Source: a virus
Lineage: Duplodnaviria; Caudoviricetes
Direction: 5' to 3' (one strand)
DNA: 31,866 nucleotides
IMG/VR virus record: IMGVR_UViG_3300020457_000045
Location: 1 to 31,866 of that record
A model generated the notes under the pieces. That model ran no database searches. It had not been told where the DNA came from and saw only the letters and a list, made by a program, of their open reading frames with translations. Positions within the stretch are counted from its first letter, which is position 1. Every line of letters begins with the position of its first letter. Positions 10,148-23,700 of this stretch are shown here, piece after piece. The translations under genes and the position numbers were made by a program.

Positions 10148-11735
10148 TACCATCATATGATTGTAAGGTAGAATCCATAGTAGCTGCAGTACTATCGAAT
10201 CTATTAGCAGTGCTTCCACCATCACCAGCACCAGTTACTGTCAATATTGCTGCTTGTGAATCTAATGGTGAGTTAGAAGCAGGTACTGGTGCACCATTTG
10301 GACCAGATATACGACATCTAAAGCGATACCCAGTCATATAGGGTAGTGCAGTTAGAGAATAGGTGTCTGTTGTAGCACCTGTGATGACAGCAAATGCGAA
10401 ACCACCGTCAGTAGATCTATACCACTGGTATGATACAGGTCCGTCCTCTGGTATTACTAACTTCTGTATGTTGAAGGTAGCAGTTTGACCAGCATTGATA
10501 GTAACATTCTGTGGTTGTAGTGTAAATTGTAAAGTTGGAGGGATTGGAGGGTCTCCACCGTCTCCACCATCACCACCAGATGATACAGGTGCTACAGTGA
10601 ACGTGGTGTCAATAGTTTCTCTAGTTGTATTACCAATGATATAAGGGAATTTTGTTATATCATTGTCATCAGGGTCTACTGTTAGGAAATATGCGTAGGT
10701 TCCAGTGGGATATTCAGGTGTAAAGCAATATCTACCGTTATGAATATCTAAATCTCCACTACCTTCGACATATTCATAGTCTTCCATGAGTGCACCAGCA
10801 GGTGGATTGTCAGAATCCGTGCCATAATCGGGTCTACCAGGTGCTTCTTGGTCTTTAATACCGTATTGAGTCCTCATTGTACGAGTACCACTCAAATTAT
10901 CGAATGGATCATCATATCCAAAAGGACCATAGATGGGAAATCCATCAAAACATATGCCAATTATCTTAGAATGACCATCTGGATGACGAATATTATTACC
11001 ATTAAACTGTGTATTACCATAATAATCGTTATAACTTGCCATTGTTGAATTAGTTTTCCAACAATCTAAGAAATGTGGGTCATGATAATGGTATTCACCT
11101 GACTGTGTGGGATGTCCACCACAACTATCTTCTCCAGAATTAACAAAAGGTGCATCTCCAGCAGCAACCCAACTGAATCCAGCAGGAGGATTGAGTCCTG
11201 ATCCAGCAGAAGGGTTAAAAATAGCAACTCCATTGCCAGCAATTCCTATGTTCCCCAGTGGAGTTTGAGTTCTTCCGTTTCTGCTATCCCAATACTCATA
11301 TGTACCATTAACAGGAGTTATCTCCTGTGTATCCATGATCAAATCTAATCTATCATCTGCTGCCAACCAGCACTCACCAGCAATAGAAGTAAACTCAGTG
11401 CCTTTGTAAAGATATCTTAAGTGTAATCCATCACTAAACTTAAACATTAAGTGGTCACCAGGTTGAATATTATTCCCAGTGAATACAGTAAGATCCGTTA
11501 CTGACAGTGTTATTGATCGAATGAATCCATCATGTGTATAAACATTGGAGTCAAACGTCCTAGAAGTACCAAATGTGCCACCTCTATACAAGAAATCGTG
11601 ATCGAAATCTTGCTCAGTAGGTACATTAGGGTTGTTATCGTTAGGAAACGTGCCATGAGACACTGGCGATGGTAATCCATTGGATGCCACCGTCAAGACT
11701 TTAGTCGCTTCGTTGTAGGTTGCTGTTGCACTCAT
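10143..11735 (-). CDS. YHYH-domain virion protein with C-terminal Ig-like domain, 530 aa
   Basis: LTVASNGLP, TPLGNIGIAGNGVAIFNP, CGGHPTQSGEYHYH, HSKIIGICFDGFPIYGPFGY and GDLDIHNGRYCFTPEYPTGTYAYFLT are YHYH-family motifs. An Ig-like domain follows a Gly/Pro linker. Confidence 0.88.
   Translation of the reverse strand: MSATATYNEATKVLTVASNGLPSPVSHGTFPNDNNPNVPTEQDFDHDFLYRGGTFGTSRTFDSNVYTHDGFIRSITLSVTDLTVFTGNNIQPGDHLMFKFSDGLHLRYLYKGTEFTSIAGECWLAADDRLDLIMDTQEITPVNGTYEYWDSRNGRTQTPLGNIGIAGNGVAIFNPSAGSGLNPPAGFSWVAAGDAPFVNSGEDSCGGHPTQSGEYHYHDPHFLDCWKTNSTMASYNDYYGNTQFNGNNIRHPDGHSKIIGICFDGFPIYGPFGYDDPFDNLSGTRTMRTQYGIKDQEAPGRPDYGTDSDNPPAGALMEDYEYVEGSGDLDIHNGRYCFTPEYPTGTYAYFLTVDPDDNDITKFPYIIGNTTRETIDTTFTVAPVSSGGDGGDGGDPPIPPTLQFTLQPQNVTINAGQTATFNIQKLVIPEDGPVSYQWYRSTDGGFAFAVITGATTDTYSLTALPYMTGYRFRCRISGPNGAPVPASNSPLDSQAAILTVTGAGDGGSTANRFDSTAATMDSTLQSYDGT
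10236..10535 (-). other. Ig-like domain of the YHYH protein
   Basis: TLQFTLQPQNVTINAGQTATF...VSYQWYRSTDGG...ITGATTDTY...YRFRCRIS...SQAAILTV fits an I-set-like pattern. Confidence 0.8.
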
Positions 11736-11740
11736 TGAGT

Positions 11741-11748
11741 TATTTAGA
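11741..11748 (-). promoter_or_regulatory. late promoter candidate (TCTAAATA) overlapping the giant gene's stop codon
   Basis: Minus strand TC-TAA-ATA-actca-ATG, one mismatch to TATAAATA and 5 nt before the YHYH start. Confidence 0.5.
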
Positions 11749-14700
11749 TGTCATCAAAGATTTGTGTTGGTAAGAAGTTGCTTAGGACTGTAGCACCAGT
11801 CTGGACGCTCAATACAGCAGATAGTGAGTAAACTGGAGTTGCACCAGATGCAGTGATCGCAACACGATATTCGTCACTGTCGTCTGCCTGTGTAGTATTT
11901 GGAGTATTGTATGTTGCTTGGTTAGCACCAATGATGTTACTCCAAGTCTGTGTGCCATACTCCTTCTTCTGCCACTGATAATTCATTGTCTGACCGTTAG
12001 TTACGGTAGAGACAACTGTGAATGCAGCAGAGTAACCTTGGTTAACTGTTACGTTAACTGGGTCTTGTGAAATTGCGATTGTACCAGGATCGATATCTCC
12101 AGCACCACCTGTGTATTCAGATCCTTCGCCAGCGAGTACGTCAAATCCACCGTTAATAGGAGCACCTTCAGGAGTTGTGAAACTGTCAGGGACTTCATTA
12201 TCGATAGCAACTGTTGGTAATGCGTATCCGATACCAGAAGTCTTAACATCAATTCTAGTAACACCCATCAATGCCTTGATACGAGCGTCAAATCCAGAGG
12301 AGGAGATAACGTCAACGTTAGGACGTGAAGTATAACCATCACCAGAGTTGGTTAGGTTAGCATTTGTAATCTGTCCAGAAGTGATAGCAGCGATAGCAGC
12401 AGCATTTCTACCCTTAACAGATCCAGTGTACTCGAATGTGATTAGTGAGTTTGAAGACTCAATTAGAGCAACCTCACGAGCAAATTCTTCACCGTCTATT
12501 TCAAGTTTGTCTCCAGCTTCGATTGGTGGGACAACGGTTGCTGCGATAACGTCTGCGTCAGATCCAATGTATGAGAAACCAACGAATGTTGATCCCGCAC
12601 GTGGGACTTCAGCGAAGATTAATCGTGAACCAACGATCTCGTATGCGAGTCCAGGTTCCTGTATAACACCGTTAAGTGATACGATAATGTTATTCTCAGG
12701 ACGGATAACGTTAGATGAAACACCTTCAGTTAGAGTCAAGGAGTAGAATAATCCAGATCTCTTAAGGTTGAAGGAAGATCTCAATGAATCAAACTCATAA
12801 CTGATATCGTCTAACTGACGTAATTTACCAACGTAGTAACCAACGAATTGTGATCCGATTACAGGTGGCTCAGCAAACTGAATCTTGTCTGAGAATGCAA
12901 CGTAAGAGTTGTTACCGCCAGGAGGCTGTAGGATACCATTAACGAATGCGAGTAAGTGACCAGCTGGATCTGGGAAGTATGCTTCACCATTAGAGATAGT
13001 TAAGTCAAACTGTGTTTGCTGACCATCAAATCCTCTGAAGTATCTGTCAACACGACCTTCGAGTGTGCGAGCAGATGAAACTGCACCACCCCATCCGTAG
13101 TCGGAAATTACTGACATATTATCAACGAATACCCCAGAAGCATCTTCTACCCAAATTTCAGCAGTGATACCAACTTGCTCGATTGATACGACCTTAGCGT
13201 ATGATGAGTAAGTTGTTGTAGTTACGTTAGTAACGTTAGCATATATGCTTGGGAAGTTAGATCCAAGATCGATCTTACCAATGTTGTTTGTGCCTTGAGT
13301 TACAGCATTAATTGTTTCACCTGTGCCTACTGGAACTACGTTACCAACCCAAAGTTTGTGTATACCGTAGTTAGGATCAGTATTTTCAAGCTCTAATCCA
13401 TTAATGTATTTTGTTACAGTTGCTTTGAATCCTGGATTCTTCTCAGTTGTACCTTGTAGGAGTGATACTTCATCACCAACACGGAAGGTATCATTAGTGC
13501 CGATATCAACGATTGCAACTCCAAGATCTAACTCATATACCGCAGTACCATGTATGTACTGGTTAAGTTGAATCTGTGTACCAGTTATACCCTTAACTGA
13601 AAGGATGTATGCAGTAACACTACCGTAGATAACGTCACCAGGATCCCACTGAGCATCAATGGTTTCAACATCAATCGTGATACGACCACCAGTATTACCT
13701 GTTAGTGATCCAGACTTATTGACATAGTTGTCAATGTATCCTTCAGTATTTGATGCTTTAGAGAAGAACCAATCACCTGTAGCAAATGCACCTCTAGAGA
13801 CATTAAGTAAGAATCTATCAGTTGGGATACCAGCAGTACCTGTTGCACCAGATGTCTGACCTTCTAATACATCATTTTGATTAATAGTACCAGCGATAGT
13901 TTGTAGTTTAACTAATGATGTACCATCAGTAGACTTCTTAGTCTGCATTACAAAACCAGTATTTGATCCAGCACCTTGGACTTGGACAGTCTCACCATTC
14001 AAGAAGACTTCATACTCACCACCTGATGTGGTTGACATTCCAGTGATAGGATAATGTGTAAAGATCTTACGGATAGTTGCTTCATTATCCTGAATTCTTC
14101 CTATCTCAGACTCAGCACCCGAAACACTACCGTAGATAACGTCAGCAGGATTGAATCCACCTTGGATTGGAGTATCAGAAGGATCTATAGCAAATACTGG
14201 AGCGTTACGAGTAATACCACTTCTCTGTACAACTGCCATGATTTGTGATCCAGAATTACTTGTATCAACTTGTAATACTCTGAATCTTCCATCGTGGATG
14301 TAAGAAGCACCAATTTCAAACCACTCAGCAGTAGCAGTCAAGCAATAGAAGAATGGTTGACCTGTCAATCCACTTAGGGATGTATCAGATGCAGGAATGT
14401 AACTTAATACATCACCACGTCTGAAGTTGTTAGCACGATTAATTCTAATTCTATACTCAGCACGATCAAATCCAACTTCAACTTCAGGAGTTAGTGTAAC
14501 CAATGCAGGGTCAGTATTATAATCCCAACCTACCTCATACTTGGTAACTCTGTTAATAGCATCAGTAGATGCAACGAATGTAACTCTTGCTTCTGTTGGG
14601 AAGGAAGATCTTTCTAGAGCAAACTCGATTGGGTTAAGTGAAGAGTCAATTATAAACTCAACTGCTTCCTGATTCCACTCAAGTCTGCCAGCTGGTTGCC

Positions 14701-17700
14701 ATACATCATAGTTGTCCCAAACACTATCAGTACCAACAAGATACATGATACTCTTAATATATTCTCTACATCTTGTTAGAGCGAATAAGATCTGAGATCT
14801 AATAACATCTTGGAATGCAATGAAGTTACCTTCACCATCAAACCAGTCTTGTGTCATCGCAAATGCACCAGCATTACCACCTGTAATCAAATCATAACGG
14901 ACTGCCTTAAGGACATCATTACAGAAGTCAATAGTTAAGTTAGTAGATGGGTAACTTGCTTGTGTATCTGAGAATGCTCTTCCAGCAATTGCTTGCTGAT
15001 TAAAGAGAATCATGTTAGCGATAATCTTGTTATTATATGTGCCAGCACCTAGAGTAGTTGACATACTATCGAATAATGTATCGATAGCAGACTGGACGTT
15101 ATAACATGTACCTGACTGGTATACAGTATTGGTATATGCAGATGGGAATGTCTTAGTTACACTATTAACAAGATAGTTTTGATTGTTATTTGCTGCCTGA
15201 GATATAGTGTTGATGTATATGTCAGCAATTGTATTAATTGCAGAAGCAGTTTCATTACATGTACCGACCCAGTTACCATTAGAATCTTGACCACCACCAG
15301 ATACATCATATGTAATTGTTAGATCTCTAGCAACTACATCTGGAGTGTACTTGACGGGCCATACAGTTGGTAATGTGTAACTTCTGTTTGCAATATTACT
15401 TGGATTAGTAAATGCATCAGTTGCGAAGTTAACAAGAGTAGTAAGCTCGTTTTCTACGTTTAGAGATTCATTTCCAGTGTATGCAGGATCAACTAGACGT
15501 GATCTATAGTAATCAAGATCAGATCTTGTAGGCCATGCCCATGACTTAACATGCTGTACTGGTAGTTTCTGACCATCAGCATAGTCTGTAATACGTGGAT
15601 ATGTGTGGTTAGTCTGGTTACTATCCTGTGAGCATGTAAAGGTTAGTGAATTACTATCAATGATAACAGCATCATCAGTACCAAGAGTATGATTTGCAAC
15701 AGTTAGAGTTAACTGACCACTTGTAGGCTCATAATATGCGTCTGTAGGTGTTAATTGTGTACCGTCATTAGCAACAGTAATACAGTTGGATAGAGCAGAT
15801 ACAAAGGTGTGTCTATAATTACCACCTTGTATTAGAGCACCACCATTAGCACTTACAAATGTATGCTGATATGTATTTCCAGCTGGTGACTTACCAACGT
15901 TAATAGTAATAGTGCCGTCTTGTTTCTTAAGACCCTTCTTCTTAGCAGATACGAATGTATGAGTACCAAGGAATGTGGAAGGAATCATATTGAATCCTAA
16001 TACACCAACATCGAATGTTGTGGTAGATACATTATGTACTGGTAACCACTGATTACTTGCATGATCAGTAGGTCTTGGATATGTGTGAGGAGTTTCATCC
16101 TTATCAAGATCACATGTAAATGCCAATGAGAAGTCATCAAACATTACATAATCATTTGCCTTAACAACTCCATTAGTATCAGCAGATACGAATGTGTGAC
16201 GATAACTACCACCACCTATTACAGCACCAGCAATAGCACTTACGAATGTATGATCGTATAGATCAGCAGTAGCAGCGACATCTACATCAACAGTAATCTT
16301 ACCAGACTGTCTATGTAAACCGTTATGCTTCGCATCAGCAAATGTATGTGTATAGTTACCACCAACGGTAACACCGTTTGTAGCAGCAGAGTTGAATGTA
16401 TGAGTATACTCACCACCAACAGTAACAATAGATCTCTGGACGTTAGATGCGTTAGCAGAAACAAATGTATGGACTGTTGTATTTGTAGAAGGAATGTCTG
16501 TTAATACTTGGACATCGAATAGATCACAATTAACATTAGAGATCTTTAACCATCTTCCACTTGAAGGATCAGAAGTCCTTGGATATGAATGATTAGTAAT
16601 GTTGTTATCTTTACCACATGTGAAGGTTAATGAATTGTCTGCAATCTTAACATACTCACCGTTAATGAATCCATTACCCACTAGGATACCGTTTGCAGTA
16701 GCAGACTGGAATACATGAGTAGTAGTATCAGTAATAGCACCTTGACCACCGTTAACGTTAACAGTGATTGTTGTGCCAGATACGGCAGTGATGTCTAACT
16801 CTTGATTGTATGCATAATCAGCACCAGATGTTGTAGCAGCACCAGCAGCACGTGGATATGTCTTAGTAGTTACGTTTCCATCTCCACCATAATCACAAGT
16901 GAATGTTAGTGAGTTAGGTAACAATCTAATAGTATCATCAGTAGTCAGACTATGTGATCCGATTGTCAATTCTAAAGTACCAGATGTTGGGTTGTATGCA
17001 GCACCCGAAGCAGTCTTCTTATCTTTAGGTACAGAGAGTGTCATGAATCCAGTAGCAGGATTGTATGATGCAGTCTCTGTAGAGTATGTGTTATTAGCGT
17101 TTTGGAATACGTGAGTTGTAGTGTTAGAAGATGTACCAACATCAACTGTAATACCATCAGCAGTAACAGCAGTAATCTCAACTCTATTATTGTATGCAGG
17201 GTCATTACCTGAAGCACCACCCCATCCTGTAGGACGTGGATACCAGTGATCAGAATTTTGTGAATCTTGATCACAACGGAAGACCATTGATTTGTTTGCA
17301 ATCTTAACGTAATTACCAACCTTAAGTTGATGGGTACCAATGGTCATTGTTAGAAGACCAGTATTAGGTACGTAAGATGCAGCACTTACTCCATAACCTT
17401 TAGCACGTGATTCTCCAACATCAAGTTTGATTGTTGAATTCTCCATCATAATGCCACCATCAGCAGCACTTACAAATGTGTGTGCGTAAGATCCACCACC
17501 CTTAACTACACCTCTAATAATTGCACCTGTTGCAGCAGATTGGAAGTTATGAGTTGTTGTGTTAGATGATGTACCAACGTTAACTGAGAAGGAATTAGCA
17601 TCAATATAAGTAACACTTAACCATGTATTATTAGATGCAGGATCTTGCTTTCTAGGATATGCATGATCGCTTCCAAAACTATCTTGCTGACATCTGAATA

Positions 17701-20700
17701 CGATAGACTCATCCTTAATCTGAATCTTATCTCCAGTGACAAATGGATGACCAGCAATTGTCAATACCAACTCACCAGATCCAGGTGTGAATGATGCACC
17801 TGTAGGTGTGAATGCATTTACAGATCTTACAAATGTATGCTGAGAAGTATTAGAAGAAATACCAACATTAACTACAACGCTATCAGCAGTAACTGATTGA
17901 ATTGGAATAGAAGTATCATAATATGGATCATCAGCAGTAGCATTTCCTTGACCATTTGCACGAGGATAGAAGTGCTCAGTTGCATTATCATCTAAAAGAC
18001 ACTTGAATACTAATGACTGATTTTCAATCCACAATGATTCATGTGCAACCTTAAGTCCATTAGGAGCAGCATTCATAAATGTATGAGCATATCCACCACC
18101 AGAAATTACAGCACCAGCAGCAGTACCACCAGCCCAGTTGTGTGTAGTTTCATCAGTAATTGCTCCCTGATTTCCGTTAACATTAACTGTGATTGTTGTA
18201 GCAGTCTTAGCAGAAATTGGTAGGGCAGTATCATATGCATAGTCCTTACCATTTGCGGTAGAAGCACCAGATGATCTTGGATATGTCTTCTGAGTTGTGT
18301 TACCATCACCATTAAAATCACAAGTGAATGTTAATGAATTAGGTTTGATCTTAATGCTATCACCAACATCTAATGTATGAGATCCAATGGTAAGTTCCAT
18401 GTTACCTGTTGTTGGATTGTAATTAGCAGCCGTTACGTTATGTGTAGACTGAGGTGAAGTACCTACATTGACTTTAAATGTATCATAAGTGATATCACTG
18501 ATTGGCATCCACTTATTAAACTGAGGATCAGTTGTTCTAGGATAAGTCTTAGTGGATGTATTTCCATCCATTCCACAAGTGAATGATAATGAATCTTGAC
18601 CAATCTTAACTCTGTCACCAATAGTAAATCCGTGAGCAGGAACTGTTACAAGTAAAGTACCAGCAATAGGATCGTAATCTGCATTAGTAATAGTATGAGT
18701 GGATCCACCTTTATAACCATGTGGTCCAATCTTAAGTGTCATATCACCTGTAGTAGGCTCATATGTTGCATCAGAAACAAGATAGTTAGCACGAGTTGTA
18801 GTACCTATCTGGACGTTAAAGTTATTACCAGCAACACCAGATACTTCTAACCACTTATCATATGCAGGGTCAATTCCTTCACGAGGATAAGAATGATTAG
18901 TAGCATTGCCATCCATATCACAAGACATTGTGAGTGAGTTTGGCTTCAGCTTAATTCTATTACCATTACTGAATGGGTTATTCAATACGGTTAGTGTTAA
19001 TACACCAGTCTCAGCATTATATGCTGCACCAGATGCTGTGTATTCTGCATGTCCTACATCCTTAATTTCTATAGAATGATCGTATGCTCTATCTCTCTTA
19101 TGAGTTACACCACCACCAGTAGCAGAAACAAATGTATGATTAAATGATCCACCTTTTCTGATTGTACCTCTTAGGATTGAATTAACCTTAGCAGTTACAA
19201 ATGTATGTGTGGAAGTATTTGTAGAAGGTACCTTATCAAGTACTTGGACTCTGAATGTATCTTGAGTTACATTAGAAATTGTTAACCACTTGCCAGATGC
19301 AGGATCACCATGTCTAGGATAAGCATGCTCAGTTGCATGGTCATCTTTAGCACATGTGAAGATCAATGCATTATCTTCAATTAATATTTGCTCACCATCT
19401 AACATTCCATGATCAGGAATTGTGATGGTCATAACACCAGATGCACCACTATAAGTTACATTGGTTGGTGTCTTACCTACAGCAGGTTTGAAGATATGAG
19501 CATGATTAGAAGATCCACTAGGTGAAGAATTAACGTTAACAGTTATAGTGCTATCATCAACAGCAGTAACATTAACAGCATCACGGAATGCAGGATCGTT
19601 AGCAGTTGCACCACCAACACCATTTGCTCTTGGATATGTGTGGTCAGATCCATGACCATCTTGAGCACATGTAAATGTCATTGAGTACTCATTGATATAG
19701 ATGCTATCGTTAACTTCTATACCATGATCAGGACCAACAGTAATTACCATATTACCGTTAGAAGCATTATATTCTACATTCTGAGGATCGAAACTTACAA
19801 ACTCAGACTTACCAACAAAAATGTCAATAGTGTTTTCAGTTGCATTCTCTACAGGCTTCCACTTACCACTAATAGGATCGGAAGATCTTGGATATGTCTT
19901 AGTTGATGTGTTACCATCCATTGTGCAATTTAATGACAATGCATTATCTGCAATCTTAATAAGAGATCCATTATCCATTCCATGATTAGTAATAGTAAGA
20001 GTTAGATAACCTGTCTCACCATTGAAATCTGCACCTGTAGGTGTGAATGAATCAATAGTTGTTCTTGGATAAGCATGTTGTGATCCATTCTGATCCATAT
20101 CACATGTAAATGTGACTGCACCATCAGCAAGTTTTACATGCTGACCTTGCTTCAATGAATGAGGACCAATATTAAGCTCAAGATGTCCTGTGTAAGGATC
20201 ATAAGAAGCATCAGTAGGTGTGAATTGTGCAGCAGCAGTTGTGCCAACATTAAGCTCAAATGTATCTTGAGTTACGTTTTCAATTTGTATCCACTTACCA
20301 CTGATAGGATCAGTACCTCTAGGATATGCATGGTCGGATGAATTATCATCCATTGTGCAATTCATATGAAGAGCATAATCATCTAACTTGATGAAGTCAC
20401 CGTTAGAGAATCCATGCTTACTAACTGTCAATGCCAATACACCTGTTGAAGGAGTATAAGTTGCTCCACTTGGAGTATGTCTTGTTACACCATCATCAAT
20501 AATTCTTAGAGAATTGTTATATGCTGGATCAGTAATTCTAGGATATACGTGCTCAGTAGAATTACCATCTTTAGAGCATGTGAATGTTAGAGAATTAGCA
20601 GCAATCTTAATACTATCGTTACCCTTCATCATTGTTGCAACAGTAATACTCTTAGGTACTGCTGATACAAATGTATGAGTAGAAGTGTTAGAAGAAGGTA

Positions 20701-23700
20701 TGTTGAATAATACTTGAACGTCAAATGTATCTTCAGTGACGTTACTTACCTTCATCCACTCATCACTGAATGGATCATTCTTTCTAGGATAAGAGTGATT
20801 AGTTTGGTTACTATCCTGTGTGCAGGTCATAGTAACGAATCCATCTTGTACCTTAATTCTGCCACCATTTTGTAGACCATGCTTCGCAGAAGTAATGGTC
20901 ATAACACCTGTAGTTGGATTGTATGCAACGTTGGTTGGTGTTAATTGTGCAGGAGCAACAAATTTATGACTGTAGTTACCACCAGTTACAACTTGTGCTC
21001 TAGTAACACCATTAGGAGTAGCAGATTCAAACTGGTGTAATGTTGTGTTTGTAGATGGAATATTCTCAAGTACTTGGACATCAAATGTATCGTCTGTGCA
21101 ATTAGAAATTGTTATCCACTTACCACTTACAGGGTCACTACTTCTTGGATAAGAATGAGGACTACCTAGACTATCTTGTAAACATCTGAATGTTAAAGAG
21201 TTATTGTTAATCTTAATGCTCTCTCCATCATGGAATCCATGATTAGGAATAGTAAGAGTCATTATACCTGTTGCAGGTAGATAGTTAGCATTGGTTACAG
21301 TATAAGTCTCAGTACCAGGAATGAAGGTATGAGCATACTGACCACCAGCAACTAATGCACCACTTACTGCACTCTGGAATGAGTGAGTTGTTGGGTTAGT
21401 AATTTGTCCATTACCAACGTCAAGTGTAACAGTACCAGTTTGTCTGTGTAATGAATTAGATACAACAGAAACGAATTGATGATCGTATACATCATTAACA
21501 GCAGATTTACCAACTTGGACAGAGAATCCAGTCGTACTTACATTACGGATTGGTAACCACTGTCTATATGTTGGGTCAGATCTTCTTGGATAAGTATGGT
21601 TTGTTTGATTGTTATCTTTACTGCAAGTAAATGTAATTGCATTCTCATCAAATCTTACAAAGTCACGTGCATGATAAATTGCACCTGTTTGGATATTATT
21701 GCAAACGTGAGTTGTAGTATTAGAGATAGGTGAGTCACCATAAAGATTACCAACCTGTAGATCATATGTGTTACTACCAATATTAAATGCCTTTAACCAC
21801 TTACCAGAAACAGGATCAGAAGGTCTTGGATATAAGTGATCAGTTGCTTGACTATCTTTATCACATCTGAATGTTAAGACGCTATCTCTTATCATCAACA
21901 TATCACCATTCTTCACATTGTGACCATTCTGAGTTAACCTTAATATACCTGTAGTAGGATAGAAGGTGCACATTGTAGGTGTAAGCTCATTAGGTCCTAA
22001 GAAACTATTAGAAACCGTAATCTGCATACTACCCTCAGTTGGGTTGTATGAAATAGTAGAAGGTGTATGATCTGTTTCACCAATTTCCCATACAGGAATA
22101 TTAGTATCGTAGAAGTGATCCTTCTTATGAGTTATGCAATTATTAGTTGCAGATAAGAAGTTATGAGTTGTAACATGAGTAGAAGGTATTACATCAAGTA
22201 CTTCAACGTTGAAACTATTAGCAGTTGTATCTTGTATCTGTACCCACTTACCAGCAACAGGGTCTGTTGCTCTTGGATATAGGTGAGCAGAAACTACAAT
22301 ACCAGTTACACATTCTGTATCAGCAGAGATGAAATTATGAGTACTTGTATCTGTGATAGCACCTTGACCACCATTGAAGTTAACAAATACACTGTCAGCA
22401 GATACTGAATCTATTGGTAAGTATGTGTTATATGCATAGTCCTTACCATTTGAAGTTGCAGCACCTGTTGCACGAGGATATTTCTTCTGAGTTGTATAAC
22501 CATCACCATTGAAATCACATGTAAATGTGAGAGACTCAGGTGAAATCTGAATCATATCATTGGTTGTTAAACCATGATATTGACCAAGAGTTATTTCTGC
22601 TACACCTGTTGTAGGATTGTAATCTATAGCAGTAGGAGTATGTCTTGAAATATCTTTCTTACAGCTGAATGATAGAGACTCATCAGCAATCTTCACATAT
22701 GAATATGGTAAGAATCCATGATTAGAAACATGGAATGTAAGATGACCTGTATTAGGATCATAATCAACATGAGATGGAGTATGAGTAGTAACAGCAGATC
22801 TAGGATATGTGTGGTTACTTGAATTACCATCAGCAGCACATCTGAATGTTAATCCATTATCCTTAATTCTTACGCTATCACCAGCATGTCTAACACAGTT
22901 AGCTACAGATGTTGAATAGGTATGATCATAAATTCCACCAGTTACAATAGCTGCTCTATGGACACAATTAGGTGTGCAACCAACGAATGTGTGTAGAGTT
23001 GTATTACTTTGAGGAATATCAACTAGTACTTGGACATCAAAACTTTGTGTAGTTACATTAGTAACTTCAAACCAGTTATCTGAGAATGGATCAGAAGGTC
23101 TTGGATAGGTATGTACTGTAGCATGATTATCTAAACCACAAGTAAATTTCAAGGAGTTATTATCAATCTTGATCTTATCTCCATTTTCAAATCCATGACC
23201 ATCTATGGTTAGGTTAAGAATACCTGTTGTTGGATTGTATACAGCACTTTCTGGAGTAAATCCTACATGTGGTATAAAGGTATGATCTGTAGTATCAGAA
23301 GATTGACCAACATCAAGAGTTATAGTTCCATCCTTCTTAGTGATTCCACCAACGGTACCTTGGACAAATGTATGAGTAGTAGTGTTGGTTGAAGGAGCAT
23401 AACTTAATACTTGGACATCAAATGTGTAAGTACTTACATTAGATACTGCCAACCATCTATTTGCATATGGGTCAGTTGCTCTAGGATATGGATGATTAGA
23501 TCCATTGTTATCTTCTAAGCACTGGAATGTTACAGCACCCTCTTTAAACTTAACTTCATCACCATTACTCAATCCATGAGCAGCATCAGTAGTGACACTC
23601 ATAATACCTGTTGTAGGATTATATGATGTACCTGTAGTTGCAGTTAAAGGTGATCCATCATGAATGATTGGACATGGCTTGTTATAGAATGGGTCAGCAC

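Noticed and set aside
11736-11746. Readthrough or programmed frameshift fusing the giant protein to the YHYH protein
   Set aside because: Different frames, a TAA stop, no obvious slippery heptamer, and the downstream gene has its own ATG and promoter-like motif.
16679-22651. Diversity-generating retroelement template/variable repeat pair
   Set aside because: The similar copies are all in-frame coding, the differences I inspected are not confined to adenines, and there is no reverse transcriptase in the window.
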